In this document: piece after piece, positions 10,381 to 19,578 of the stretch
Position numbering within the stretch: position 1 is the first letter of the stretch
Layout of the letters: every line of letters begins with the position of its first letter
IMG/VR virus record: IMGVR_UViG_3300020037_003335
Location: 1 to 64,000 of that record
Direction: 5' to 3' (one strand)
From: a virus
Lineage: Duplodnaviria; Caudoviricetes
DNA length: 64,000 nt
Position numbers and translations under genes: made by a program
Notes under the pieces: model-generated
Told to the model about the DNA's origin: nothing
Databases searched by the model: none
Seen by the model: only the letters and a program-made list of their open reading frames with translations

Positions 10381-11397
10381 ATGGAAGGATTACAAAAATT
10401 AGATAGCTCTTGGTCATTGATTGAGGGTGATGGTATAGACATCATAGAAACTACTGATGATATACTAAAAGGAGCTGAAGTAGTAGAAGAAGCTCCTGTA
10501 GATGAAGAAGAAGAGGACGAAGATGTTCTCGGCAGTGCTAGAAAATTAGATAGTTCTATCACAGAGTTTAACCCTGAATTTGAAGAGGGTGATGATAACA
10601 CATTTAAGATTCTGGCTAAAGACTTTACAGAAAAAGGTATTGCTGATTTTCCAGATGATTGGAGTGGAGATGAAGATGAGTTTAGAGCAATAATTGCTGA
10701 ATCTGCTAAAGATAAAGTATTAGAGCAATACCAGCTTCATAATCCAGTAGTTAGCGGATTCTTACAATACGTATCTGCTGGTGGTAAACCAGAGAAGTTT
10801 ATTGAAACTTTAAACGGACCATCATTTGATGAAGATAATGATCGTGATGTTTACACTCTGTATTTGAAGTCTACAACTAAGTTTAATGATGATAAAATTG
10901 AAAAGCTTGTAGATAGAGTTGAAGCTTTAGAAGAATTAGAAGAAGAAGCTGAAGCTGCTAGAGAGTGGTTTAAAGAGAATAAATCTCAGCAAATTAAAAC
11001 TATTACTGAACAACAAGAACGTGAAGCAGAACAACGTAAGCAGCAAGAACAAATTGATTTGCAAGAACGTCGCAGATTAATTAGTACTGCTAAGCAATTA
11101 AACGGAGTTCCTATTGATAATAACAAAGCATTCGAGAAATTTTACTTTGATGCTACAGACACATTTAAATACGAGGACACTGTATATAAAGTCACTCCAT
11201 ACCAAAAACGATTGTTAGAACGTAATGCATCGGACGCGGCTAGACGAGAGCATGAGTTGTTACTAGCATATCTAGAATTTAGTAATTATACAATTAAGGA
11301 TGTACAAAAGCAACAGCGTCAAGCTGCAACTAGTACGTTAAAACAAAGTTTGGAAAAGACAATACAGCCTAAAAAAATAGTAAAATTAGTAAACTAA
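10381..11397 (+). CDS. acidic scaffold-like protein
   Basis: very acidic coiled-coil protein between portal and capsid. Confidence 0.6.
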   Translation: MEGLQKLDSSWSLIEGDGIDIIETTDDILKGAEVVEEAPVDEEEEDEDVLGSARKLDSSITEFNPEFEEGDDNTFKILAKDFTEKGIADFPDDWSGDEDEFRAIIAESAKDKVLEQYQLHNPVVSGFLQYVSAGGKPEKFIETLNGPSFDEDNDRDVYTLYLKSTTKFNDDKIEKLVDRVEALEELEEEAEAAREWFKENKSQQIKTITEQQEREAEQRKQQEQIDLQERRRLISTAKQLNGVPIDNNKAFEKFYFDATDTFKYEDTVYKVTPYQKRLLERNASDAARREHELLLAYLEFSNYTIKDVQKQQRQAATSTLKQSLEKTIQPKKIVKLVN

Positions 11398-11404
11398 ACA
11401 AATT

Positions 11405-12913
11405 ATGCAATTTAGAAAATCGAAGTTTGAGCTTTATAAGCAAAACGACCCAAAAACTTCTTGGGCAAATTACACAATGGAAAACCATTTAGCATATAAC
11501 GCATATATCAAACCTACAAAATTAGGTGAAGATGCTATGCAATTTGTATGCACAACAAAATCTTTATCTCGTAATCTTACTCCACTTACGGATATGACCA
11601 AAGGTAAAGGTAAAGTAAAAATGATTGATACTTCAGAATGGGAATGGAAATTATATGGTATTGGATATCGTCCAGCTATCGTATTAGAAGACTATGAAGT
11701 AGATAATTTATTTTTAGGTAAAGGCCAGTCTAAATTTAAAATTAAATTAGATTGTGACTATTTCCGTGTTGGTGATATCCTTATTCCACGTGGTCCTAAA
11801 CAGTTCCAAGTACGTGTTCAAGAAGAACCTTATGCAGATGGTGATGGTACAGTTTATACTGTAAGCTTGATCACTGATGATCATAACTTCTTCTTACCAA
11901 AACAATTTACACGCCCAGGCGAACAATGGAAAAAAATTGGTACATCTTATTCTGAAGCTCGTATCGGTGCTGGTTCTACATCTTCGGGTGATATGCCTCA
12001 CTTCGTTATGCGCTCTTGGTTAACTAAGATGGCTAAATCTTACCGTATCACTGGTGATGCAGCTGCTGCTAAATTAGTAGTTAAACCTTATCTTGAAGTT
12101 GAAGGTGGTAAATACCAACAAGCTTCTAGCGATATGTGGTTTACTGTTCAAGAAGCTATTGCTGAACGCGAATGGAAACAAGAAAAAGAAATGATGGCTA
12201 TGTACTCTCGTTCAACTCGTTCGTTGATTGATGAGCAAACTGGTCTTCCTGTTAAACAAGGTCCTGGTCTACAAGAATTGTTGGAAGAAGGTAATATTCA
12301 ATATTACAACAAATTCAGCATCAACTTGGTAAAAGACTTCTTACGTGACATTTTCTTTGATCGTATCGAATTTAAAGATCGTAACATTTATATGCTTACT
12401 GGTCAAATCGGTCTTGAGTTATTTGACGAAGCAGTTAAAGACATTGTTAATGGCAGCTTCAGCGATCAAGCAACTTACTACATTGATGACAATGGTAACA
12501 AAATGGATCGTAGTCAAGGTGGTTCATTAGGATATGGTAACTACTACAAAGTATATAATATGATGTGGGGTAAATTGATTCCAATTCACTTCCCAGCATA
12601 CGATAACCGTGATTTCCACACAGAAATTAATCCTGCTACAGGATACCCAGTAGAAAGCCAACGCTTTACTTTTGTAGATTTAGGTTTTGGTGACGGTCTT
12701 GGTGGTGATAACTTGTATTGGATCGAGAAAAGCAAAGGCGAGAAATTTGGTTATACTTGTGGTACTTACGGTCCATACGGTCCTACTAATGGTTTGAATA
12801 TGCCAATGTCTCACTCTAATGACTGGTTTGAAGTTATCCGTGAATCTAGTCAAGGTGTTCAACTTACTGATCCACATAAAACAGGCGAATTGATTTTCAA
12901 CTTACAGTACTAG
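11405..12913 (+). CDS. major capsid protein (crAss-like)
   Basis: 502 aa; N-terminal YTMENHL, EWEWKL, GPGLQELLE, TGQIGLELFD; highly-expressed codon bias. Confidence 0.9.
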   Translation: MQFRKSKFELYKQNDPKTSWANYTMENHLAYNAYIKPTKLGEDAMQFVCTTKSLSRNLTPLTDMTKGKGKVKMIDTSEWEWKLYGIGYRPAIVLEDYEVDNLFLGKGQSKFKIKLDCDYFRVGDILIPRGPKQFQVRVQEEPYADGDGTVYTVSLITDDHNFFLPKQFTRPGEQWKKIGTSYSEARIGAGSTSSGDMPHFVMRSWLTKMAKSYRITGDAAAAKLVVKPYLEVEGGKYQQASSDMWFTVQEAIAEREWKQEKEMMAMYSRSTRSLIDEQTGLPVKQGPGLQELLEEGNIQYYNKFSINLVKDFLRDIFFDRIEFKDRNIYMLTGQIGLELFDEAVKDIVNGSFSDQATYYIDDNGNKMDRSQGGSLGYGNYYKVYNMMWGKLIPIHFPAYDNRDFHTEINPATGYPVESQRFTFVDLGFGDGLGGDNLYWIEKSKGEKFGYTCGTYGPYGPTNGLNMPMSHSNDWFEVIRESSQGVQLTDPHKTGELIFNLQY

Positions 12914-12961
12914 AAATTAAATAGACAAGAAAAAAATAACTAAACACAACACAGCGAAATT

Positions 12962-13864
12962 ATGGAAAAACTAATATATGTGAAACCTGTAAAAGCAGGA
13001 TCTAAATTTTGGCAGAAAACTGCTGATGTTAAAGGATATCAAAACTTTCCTGAAACACGTAAAATTTACCCTATATTATGGAGCAATGATAATCATAAAT
13101 TTATATTTGAAGGCTTGACTGATGATCAAGTAAAAGACTTAGCTAAGAAAGCTAAATTGTCATACGAGACTGGTCCAAACAAAAATACTATAATTTATGA
13201 TGTAGATTTGTACCACAAAGATGATCCTTTCTGTAACCACAAAGATTTAAACATTCGTATTTTTGACGATACTTTAACATTCAACGTAGATGTACCATTG
13301 GAGCAATTAAAGCTAGCCGCATTTAAAGCATACCCAATTGTTGCACTTAACGAAGATGAAATTAAAAATACAGCTAATGCTAAATGGGTTGTAGTAGATA
13401 AAGATATTGAAGAAAAGAATGCTATCAAAGCTTATACGCAAGCAATGGAAGTAAATAAATATTTTACTCCTGGACAATACTATTTGTCACCTGCTAAAAT
13501 GCGTGCTTTGTTGGTAGCGTATAACGATGTTAAACTTAAATTTAACGAAACTACTGATCCAGCCTTAATCGCTAAAGAACTTTATAAAAGAGCAACTGAT
13601 ACTACAGTTATCGATGGTAATACTAACCAAGCTAAATTCTTTCAATTGTTAAAACTTAGTGAGGATGAACTTGGAATTAGAACATTTATAAAAGATGCAT
13701 CAGATTCAGGTATACTACGTATAACTAAAGGCGCGTATAAATTTAACGGTGTAGAAATAGCACCTACATTTGAACTGCTTGTTAAGCGTTTAAGCAAGCC
13801 TGAGGAGTCTTTGCTGTATGATCAGATTGCTGATGCTTTAGAGGTTAAGAGAAAAGGTAAGTAA
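12962..13864 (+). CDS. conserved crAss protein downstream of capsid
   Basis: 300 aa; position directly after the MCP gene. Confidence 0.65.
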   Translation: MEKLIYVKPVKAGSKFWQKTADVKGYQNFPETRKIYPILWSNDNHKFIFEGLTDDQVKDLAKKAKLSYETGPNKNTIIYDVDLYHKDDPFCNHKDLNIRIFDDTLTFNVDVPLEQLKLAAFKAYPIVALNEDEIKNTANAKWVVVDKDIEEKNAIKAYTQAMEVNKYFTPGQYYLSPAKMRALLVAYNDVKLKFNETTDPALIAKELYKRATDTTVIDGNTNQAKFFQLLKLSEDELGIRTFIKDASDSGILRITKGAYKFNGVEIAPTFELLVKRLSKPEESLLYDQIADALEVKRKGK

Positions 13865-13882
13865 TCCCCCAAAAACTAAACA

Positions 13883-14587
13883 ATGTACGATATTAACTTA
13901 ATGCATTACGGATTTCGTCGCCGAGCTAATAAAGTAGATAGTCTGCAAAACAGAAACTTTTACGTAGAGCAAATTGACGATTATTTGAATGAAGCACTTA
14001 ATTCGTACGTTAATGAATTATTAAAGGTAGCAGAGTACAATAAAAGTGTTGATGACTCTTTACAAGTTTTACTTAAAACAGACACACTGTTATCTATTGG
14101 AGATGTTACAGCAAAAATTGTTAAAGCAGATTTACCTGTAGATTACCTACGTCATGTACGTAGTTACAGTAAAGCTTCAGCAGAATGTTGTGGTGTTGTT
14201 CAAGATATAAAACATTACCGTATACAAGGTGATGATGAGAACGCGTATATAGAAGATCCTTTATACAAACCTAGTTATTTATACAGAGAAACTGGATACA
14301 GGATTGTTGGTAATACTTTACGTATACTTAAAGGTGAATTAGATATTCAACAAGTATTTATGGACTATTATGCAAAACATCCTAGATTAGGTAATCCTGA
14401 TAATGCTAGAACTGGTGCGTATAATTTAGCTGATGGAACTCCAGCAGTACAACAAAGTCTATTATTTACTAACCCAAAACAAGCGGATATTATAATGGAT
14501 TTAGCAGTACTTGCTTCATATGTAGATACAAATAATCCTACATTCCAAACTCAAGTAAGCAAAATGACTTCAATGGGAAGTCAATAA
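13883..14587 (+). CDS. tail ring protein
   Basis: MHYGF...NKVDS...IDDYLNEA N-terminus, LPVDYL; position matches crAss ring genes. Confidence 0.7.
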   Translation: MYDINLMHYGFRRRANKVDSLQNRNFYVEQIDDYLNEALNSYVNELLKVAEYNKSVDDSLQVLLKTDTLLSIGDVTAKIVKADLPVDYLRHVRSYSKASAECCGVVQDIKHYRIQGDDENAYIEDPLYKPSYLYRETGYRIVGNTLRILKGELDIQQVFMDYYAKHPRLGNPDNARTGAYNLADGTPAVQQSLLFTNPKQADIIMDLAVLASYVDTNNPTFQTQVSKMTSMGSQ

Positions 14588-14636
14588 TATTTCAGCGAGT
14601 AACTATTAATGTAACAAAACAAAACAAATCAATCAG

Positions 14637-16256
14637 ATGATTTCAAATGTAACACGCGAGAATCTGTTGGTAGCAAAAGGTAATTATGGTTTACCATTAT
14701 TAAACACACCTTTGTATCAAACAGATGGTAGTATTTCCTTGATGCCTGGACAGTTAGGCATCTTTAGTTCTAAAACTCATAAAGCAGTAGATGCAACAAA
14801 TATCGCTGCACAAGACAATATTTATATCGCAATCGGTATGGATATGGATGGTGATGGTGTATCTGACCAAATTCGTAAAGTAGCTGGTGAAAACCTAAAC
14901 AAACGTCAAATATCTAAAGTATCAGCAGAACCACCTCGTGGTGCATGTCCTGAAATACAAGATTTTATGTTTGACTGTACAGATTGTGGTACTGACTACG
15001 GTATCAAAATTCAAGTAGATTCTACTGACCTACACTTATATGCAGCTCCTTATCAATTATTTACATATCCAGTAAATATTATTACTGATCCTTGTGATGA
15101 CTGTACTGAAGACTGTACTCCTACAGCTCACGCATGTGAGGAAATCGTATGTAAATTGATTGATCAAATCAATCGCAAATCTTTGTACGCAGACGGTTCA
15201 GTTAAAACTAACCTAGTACCTAACAACTTTCCGTTTGAAGTAGAACGTCTTTATTCTACAATTACTTCATTCACACTTCCATGTGTTGAAGATACTTGTG
15301 GTAAAGGCTTTATCTGTGCATTAGATGAAATCGTAATAAACAATGATGCTAATACACCAGGTCCAGATATCACACTTACCGTTCCAGCTACATTAGCAAA
15401 TGGTGATGGATATATGTTGATTGGCCAAATTAAATTATTGGAAAACGCTTTGAACGCACTATTAGTTGAAGAGGGTATTCCTGGTAAATTCCATGTAGAA
15501 CAAAAATGCACAGACAGCTGTTATACAGTTAGCCTTAATAGCTGCGCATTATTGGTTTCAGCTACATTGGTTGGTGGCACTGGTTGTAATGCTCCTATCG
15601 TATTAAATCCTACTGAAAATCCTTTGGTAGTTAATACAGTAGCTAATTGCGCAGGTTGCACTGATGCTTCTACAAGCACCAAAGAATATACTTGCGGTAT
15701 CCGTGTAATTTCTAAATTGCCAGCACGTGAGTGTGGTTGTTTCCCTCCTTTGGAATACAATGCATCTAACTTCTCTAAAATTAACATCTTCCCTACATCT
15801 GGTTTCAAAGCAGGTCAATGGGCTAGCAACTATGTTCAAAGCGTTAAAATGGCTGAAGGTCAAGGTGTTGACTTACGTTGGAGAGAATACAAACAACAAC
15901 CAGGTGGTATTGGTCGTAACTACGACATGTACAATACTACATACGGTCGTTGGAGTGCTCAAGGATTCCGTGTTAAAAACAGTGTAACAGCAGAATGTGT
16001 ACCATACTGCCAATACATTTTACAGCATTTCAATACAACTAACTCAGCAACTATTGCTGCTATCAGTACAACTTGGAATGCCCAGTTCTTATCAACTGTA
16101 GCTATTCCAGAAAAAGATACTGCTACTCAAACAGCATTTGAAGCGGTAATTAACGCATGGTTAGTTAGTGCTGGAACAATTGGAGCAGGCGGTGTTATCA
16201 CCTGTTCTGTTGATAAAGATCAGACTTTAGTACCAAGTGGTTACGAACATATCTAA
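14637..16256 (+). CDS. auxiliary capsid/structural protein, Cys-rich
   Basis: 539 aa, highly-expressed codon usage, position after ring gene, followed by a hairpin. Confidence 0.65.
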   Translation: MISNVTRENLLVAKGNYGLPLLNTPLYQTDGSISLMPGQLGIFSSKTHKAVDATNIAAQDNIYIAIGMDMDGDGVSDQIRKVAGENLNKRQISKVSAEPPRGACPEIQDFMFDCTDCGTDYGIKIQVDSTDLHLYAAPYQLFTYPVNIITDPCDDCTEDCTPTAHACEEIVCKLIDQINRKSLYADGSVKTNLVPNNFPFEVERLYSTITSFTLPCVEDTCGKGFICALDEIVINNDANTPGPDITLTVPATLANGDGYMLIGQIKLLENALNALLVEEGIPGKFHVEQKCTDSCYTVSLNSCALLVSATLVGGTGCNAPIVLNPTENPLVVNTVANCAGCTDASTSTKEYTCGIRVISKLPARECGCFPPLEYNASNFSKINIFPTSGFKAGQWASNYVQSVKMAEGQGVDLRWREYKQQPGGIGRNYDMYNTTYGRWSAQGFRVKNSVTAECVPYCQYILQHFNTTNSATIAAISTTWNAQFLSTVAIPEKDTATQTAFEAVINAWLVSAGTIGAGGVITCSVDKDQTLVPSGYEHI

Positions 16257-16276
16257 GCTTGTGTTGTGTAGATGAA

Positions 16277-16305
16277 GGGGGAGAAGCAATTCTCCCCTAA
16301 CATTT
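16277..16305 (+). terminator. stem-loop, probable intrinsic terminator or mRNA-stabilising hairpin
   Basis: ggggagaa-gcaa-ttctcccc; weak U-tract. Confidence 0.7.
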
Positions 16306-16372
16306 ACTATAAAACAAACAAGATAAAAAGAAAAACAAATTTTAAAATAACAAGCTAAATATAAATAATATA

Positions 16373-16630
16373 ATGGCGTTTCCAAAGAAAAAATATTGGA
16401 TAGAAGCAGGAGATATTAAAACAAAATTACCAAAACAACATGATACAGGAATGTTCCGCAGCTTAGATGAGATTGTATGGGATATACTTAAATGTTGTGG
16501 TTGGGATTGTTGTACACAATCACCAGTAGTAGGACTTCCAGAATATGCTGATAATACAGCTGCAGTAGCAGGTTTACTTACAGTAGGCGCATTCTACCAC
16601 ACTGCAGGTGTGCTTAAAGTAGTTATTTAG
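16373..16630 (+). CDS. small structural (head-fibre-like) protein
   Basis: CCGWDCC plus C-terminal LPEYADNTAAVAGLLTVGAFYHTAGVLKVV, a motif I recognise from phage fibre ends. Confidence 0.55.
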   Translation: MAFPKKKYWIEAGDIKTKLPKQHDTGMFRSLDEIVWDILKCCGWDCCTQSPVVGLPEYADNTAAVAGLLTVGAFYHTAGVLKVVI

Positions 16631-16650
16631 TACCTTTAAAAAATTAAACT

Positions 16651-18147
16651 ATGTCACAATATAGTAACGAATTTAGAAGTATTATAAAGCAATTACGTAA
16701 AATTAGTGCTAATACTTGTGCAGAGAGTGAACAGATGCCGTACTATGAAAAAGAAGTATGCGGTACTTTACCAGATGTAGAAGGTCAAACAGATCAGTTT
16801 ACATTAATAAGAGTATACACAAGAGATATAGATACAGGTCAAATTGTGCTAAGTCATTATGAAGATACTTTAGGTAATATTATAAGTGGAACTGTAGTAG
16901 AAGAATGTTGTGATGCAGCTTTATGTGGACCTCCTTTTACATGTGCTGCTAACATTGTTGGACTAAGTGTGGACATGCAAGAAGGAGGAACAATATTAGA
17001 TATAACAGGAACTACTATGACAGGATATCTGCAGTGGATGATAGACGGAGTTGTTCAAGAAACATTTCCAAATCCAGGAATCAACACTCTTCTAATTGAC
17101 ATCGCAAGTGAAATAATAGCAGGTGGAACTACAATATCCTTACTAGTTGGTAACAATGTGGATATGGATATGTATTGTATGTTTAGCTTTGAAACTTTAG
17201 CAGATATGAACGCAGATATCAAAGAAGTTGGGGAGAACCCAAATTGGAATCCATTTCCAGCTTTAACTGCTGAGTTAGGTTGTACAGGAACTTTAACGTA
17301 CACATTAATAATTGATGCCACAGAAAACGGAGTTACAGTTGACTATATAACAGGTGAACTTACTTTGCCTGCTGGTATATATGACTCATACGCTTTTGTA
17401 GAAGTGAGATGTGATGGTGTGTTAGTAGCTGTTACTGGACTTCAATTATTAAACAATGCACCAGTTGGTTTTGAGCTAACTTGGAACGATATTGCCACTT
17501 CGCCATTCGTAACGCACACCGATTTAAACACCTTTATAAACGGCAACGGCGGTGCAGCTAACTATACAAGTGTCGTAACAGTTGGCAACGTGCAAACGTT
17601 TTACGGCGGTACAGCAGTAGATTTGGGCGATAGCTTTATGGATGCCGATGGAAATATTACAAGTATTAGAGATGAAGCGTTTCAAGTTGTAGCACAAGGT
17701 AACAACGGACAAAACGGTTGCGACTTATTAGAAACCATTGCTTTGCCAGCCTTAATTGTGCAAGCAGACAACTGCCAAAACAAGAACGCCGCATTAACAA
17801 GCCTAAACTTGCAATCACTAACAACGCAGGGCAGCAACAACCAAACGGACAACCCCAGCTTGGTTTCAATATCTTTGCCCGCGCTAACAACACAAACAAG
17901 CGACAACCAAAGCAACAACGCAGCACTAACCGCGTTCACCGCCAACATATTAACAAGCCAAACAGACGGCAACCAAGCAACCAATACCGTACTTGCAAGC
18001 ATAACAACGCCGTTACTTACATCGATAGGCACTGGTAACTATGTAGGATGTACATATAATCTACCTATGACCATAAACGTTGACGCAGCATTGTTTGGAG
18101 CGGCTGATATTTTACTTGCCCAAGCAGGCGGAGCGACAATCATTTAA
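16651..18147 (+). CDS. fibre/adhesin with C-terminal BspA-like leucine-rich repeats
   Basis: 22-aa repeats LxxIxLPxLxxQ.. ending in IGTGNYVGC. Confidence 0.7.
   Translation: MSQYSNEFRSIIKQLRKISANTCAESEQMPYYEKEVCGTLPDVEGQTDQFTLIRVYTRDIDTGQIVLSHYEDTLGNIISGTVVEECCDAALCGPPFTCAANIVGLSVDMQEGGTILDITGTTMTGYLQWMIDGVVQETFPNPGINTLLIDIASEIIAGGTTISLLVGNNVDMDMYCMFSFETLADMNADIKEVGENPNWNPFPALTAELGCTGTLTYTLIIDATENGVTVDYITGELTLPAGIYDSYAFVEVRCDGVLVAVTGLQLLNNAPVGFELTWNDIATSPFVTHTDLNTFINGNGGAANYTSVVTVGNVQTFYGGTAVDLGDSFMDADGNITSIRDEAFQVVAQGNNGQNGCDLLETIALPALIVQADNCQNKNAALTSLNLQSLTTQGSNNQTDNPSLVSISLPALTTQTSDNQSNNAALTAFTANILTSQTDGNQATNTVLASITTPLLTSIGTGNYVGCTYNLPMTINVDAALFGAADILLAQAGGATII
17695..18024 (+). repeat. 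five degenerate 66-bp tandem repeats (LRR units)
   Basis: units start at 17695, 17761, 17827, 17893 and 17959 with QxxxxQxxx. Confidence 0.8.
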
Positions 18148-18189
18148 TGATAAACAAAATTTAAGCACAGTTTAGATACAAATACAGCA

Positions 18190-18435
18190 ATGCCAAATTC
18201 AGCAGCAGAACAAGCTAATGGTAATGGTACAATAACAGTAACAACTCCTGGTACTATATTATTTAGTGCAGTAGTTACATCAAATAGTATATTTTCGCCA
18301 GAAACGTTACAGCAAGATTTTTTATCTGTATTAGGAATGTCTATACAAAATACTAGTGACCAAATAGTATTGTGCGGTACACCGACAACTACATCGATAA
18401 GTACATTTGGAACAATAAATTACAAAGAGTATTAA
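18190..18435 (+). CDS. small hypothetical protein
   Basis: 81-aa T/S-rich ORF filling the gap. Confidence 0.45.
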   Translation: MPNSAAEQANGNGTITVTTPGTILFSAVVTSNSIFSPETLQQDFLSVLGMSIQNTSDQIVLCGTPTTTSISTFGTINYKEY

Positions 18436-18447
18436 AATTAAAGTAAT

Positions 18448-18939
18448 ATGGCATGTAGTTGCATAACAACTTTTAACTATGCCGTTGAATTTCAAGACTG
18501 CAATACAATTATTTATAACGATATGTCCGTTTGGGTAGAAGTACCTGAAACATATACGATTGTAATAACTTATTCGGGTGGAACACTTACACAAGTTGTT
18601 AGTACCTCAGAGTCTACAATCATAGAGGGAAACTTCCCAAGCGGAGTATATTGTATTGCGTACACAGATTGCAACGGAGATGTTATAAAGTCAGAGTTTT
18701 TAAATACATGCAAGATAGAGTGTGCATTAAAGGAAAAAATGTATACGATAAGTGCATGTATGATGGATCCAGAAAGTCTGGAAAACAAAGAAAAGTGGGA
18801 TCAAATTCTATTAATCAAAAAATATATAGATTTAGCGAAAGCAAAATTCGACTGTGAGTGGTGTGATATTTGCGATATCACTAAGTTTATAGATTTAGCA
18901 AATAAAGAACTCAATGGGTGCACATGTAATAAGGCATAA
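18448..18939 (+). CDS. putative tail hub protein, Cys-rich
   Basis: 163 aa, MACSC start, CTC end; position matches crAss hub genes. Confidence 0.55.
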   Translation: MACSCITTFNYAVEFQDCNTIIYNDMSVWVEVPETYTIVITYSGGTLTQVVSTSESTIIEGNFPSGVYCIAYTDCNGDVIKSEFLNTCKIECALKEKMYTISACMMDPESLENKEKWDQILLIKKYIDLAKAKFDCEWCDICDITKFIDLANKELNGCTCNKA

Positions 18940-19531
18940 AAAGAGAAGTATTAACGCTTTAAAATTAGAAGCTAGTTGTTACTTAGCTGCGTTGGGGGAT
19001 AACTTATACAATAACATAGTGTACGGTAGCTGTAGTTCTAATTTAAACGAAAGTTTATATGAAAGACTGCAGCTATTGTTATATGCAGTAGATGGTAATT
19101 GTCTTACTGACGTACAGAAAGATAAATTTGGGTCTTACATTAGTAGTATTATTGGTGTATGTAAACCTAAAAAAGAGAGGACTAAGTGTTTTATAACACT
19201 TAACCCAGATTATACTGAGTGGTATGCTAGTCAAATGTATTTAGATTGTTTGACATATTACATTAATCAAGGCTGCGTTGTTGACCCTATGATTGACTTA
19301 GCTGCAGATTTAGATGTAGTAATTGATGTTAACGCAATCTGTGATGCTATTGTAATTATACTAGAAGCTAATGATGTACCATGTGATGTAGTAGCTAGTA
19401 TTAATATAGTGCAGATATGTACAGATATTGCAGCTGAGATTATAGCAAACAATAACTGCTCAGTAGATGGTAATATTGTAGCATTAGATACATGCATCAT
19501 TAACGCTGTAGTTAACAGTATAATAAACTAA
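18914..19531 (+). CDS. putative tail hub protein, Cys-rich
   Basis: 205 aa; paired with the previous gene. Confidence 0.5.
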   Translation: MGAHVIRHKKRSINALKLEASCYLAALGDNLYNNIVYGSCSSNLNESLYERLQLLLYAVDGNCLTDVQKDKFGSYISSIIGVCKPKKERTKCFITLNPDYTEWYASQMYLDCLTYYINQGCVVDPMIDLAADLDVVIDVNAICDAIVIILEANDVPCDVVASINIVQICTDIAAEIIANNNCSVDGNIVALDTCIINAVVNSIIN

Positions 19532-19578
19532 ATGAAATACAATGGTAGTAATGTTAATAAATAAACAAAATAAAAATT

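Noticed and set aside
17666-18038. Three overlapping alternative-frame ORFs in the LRR region as real overprinted genes
   Set aside because: Explained by local T depletion and repeat structure removing stop codons
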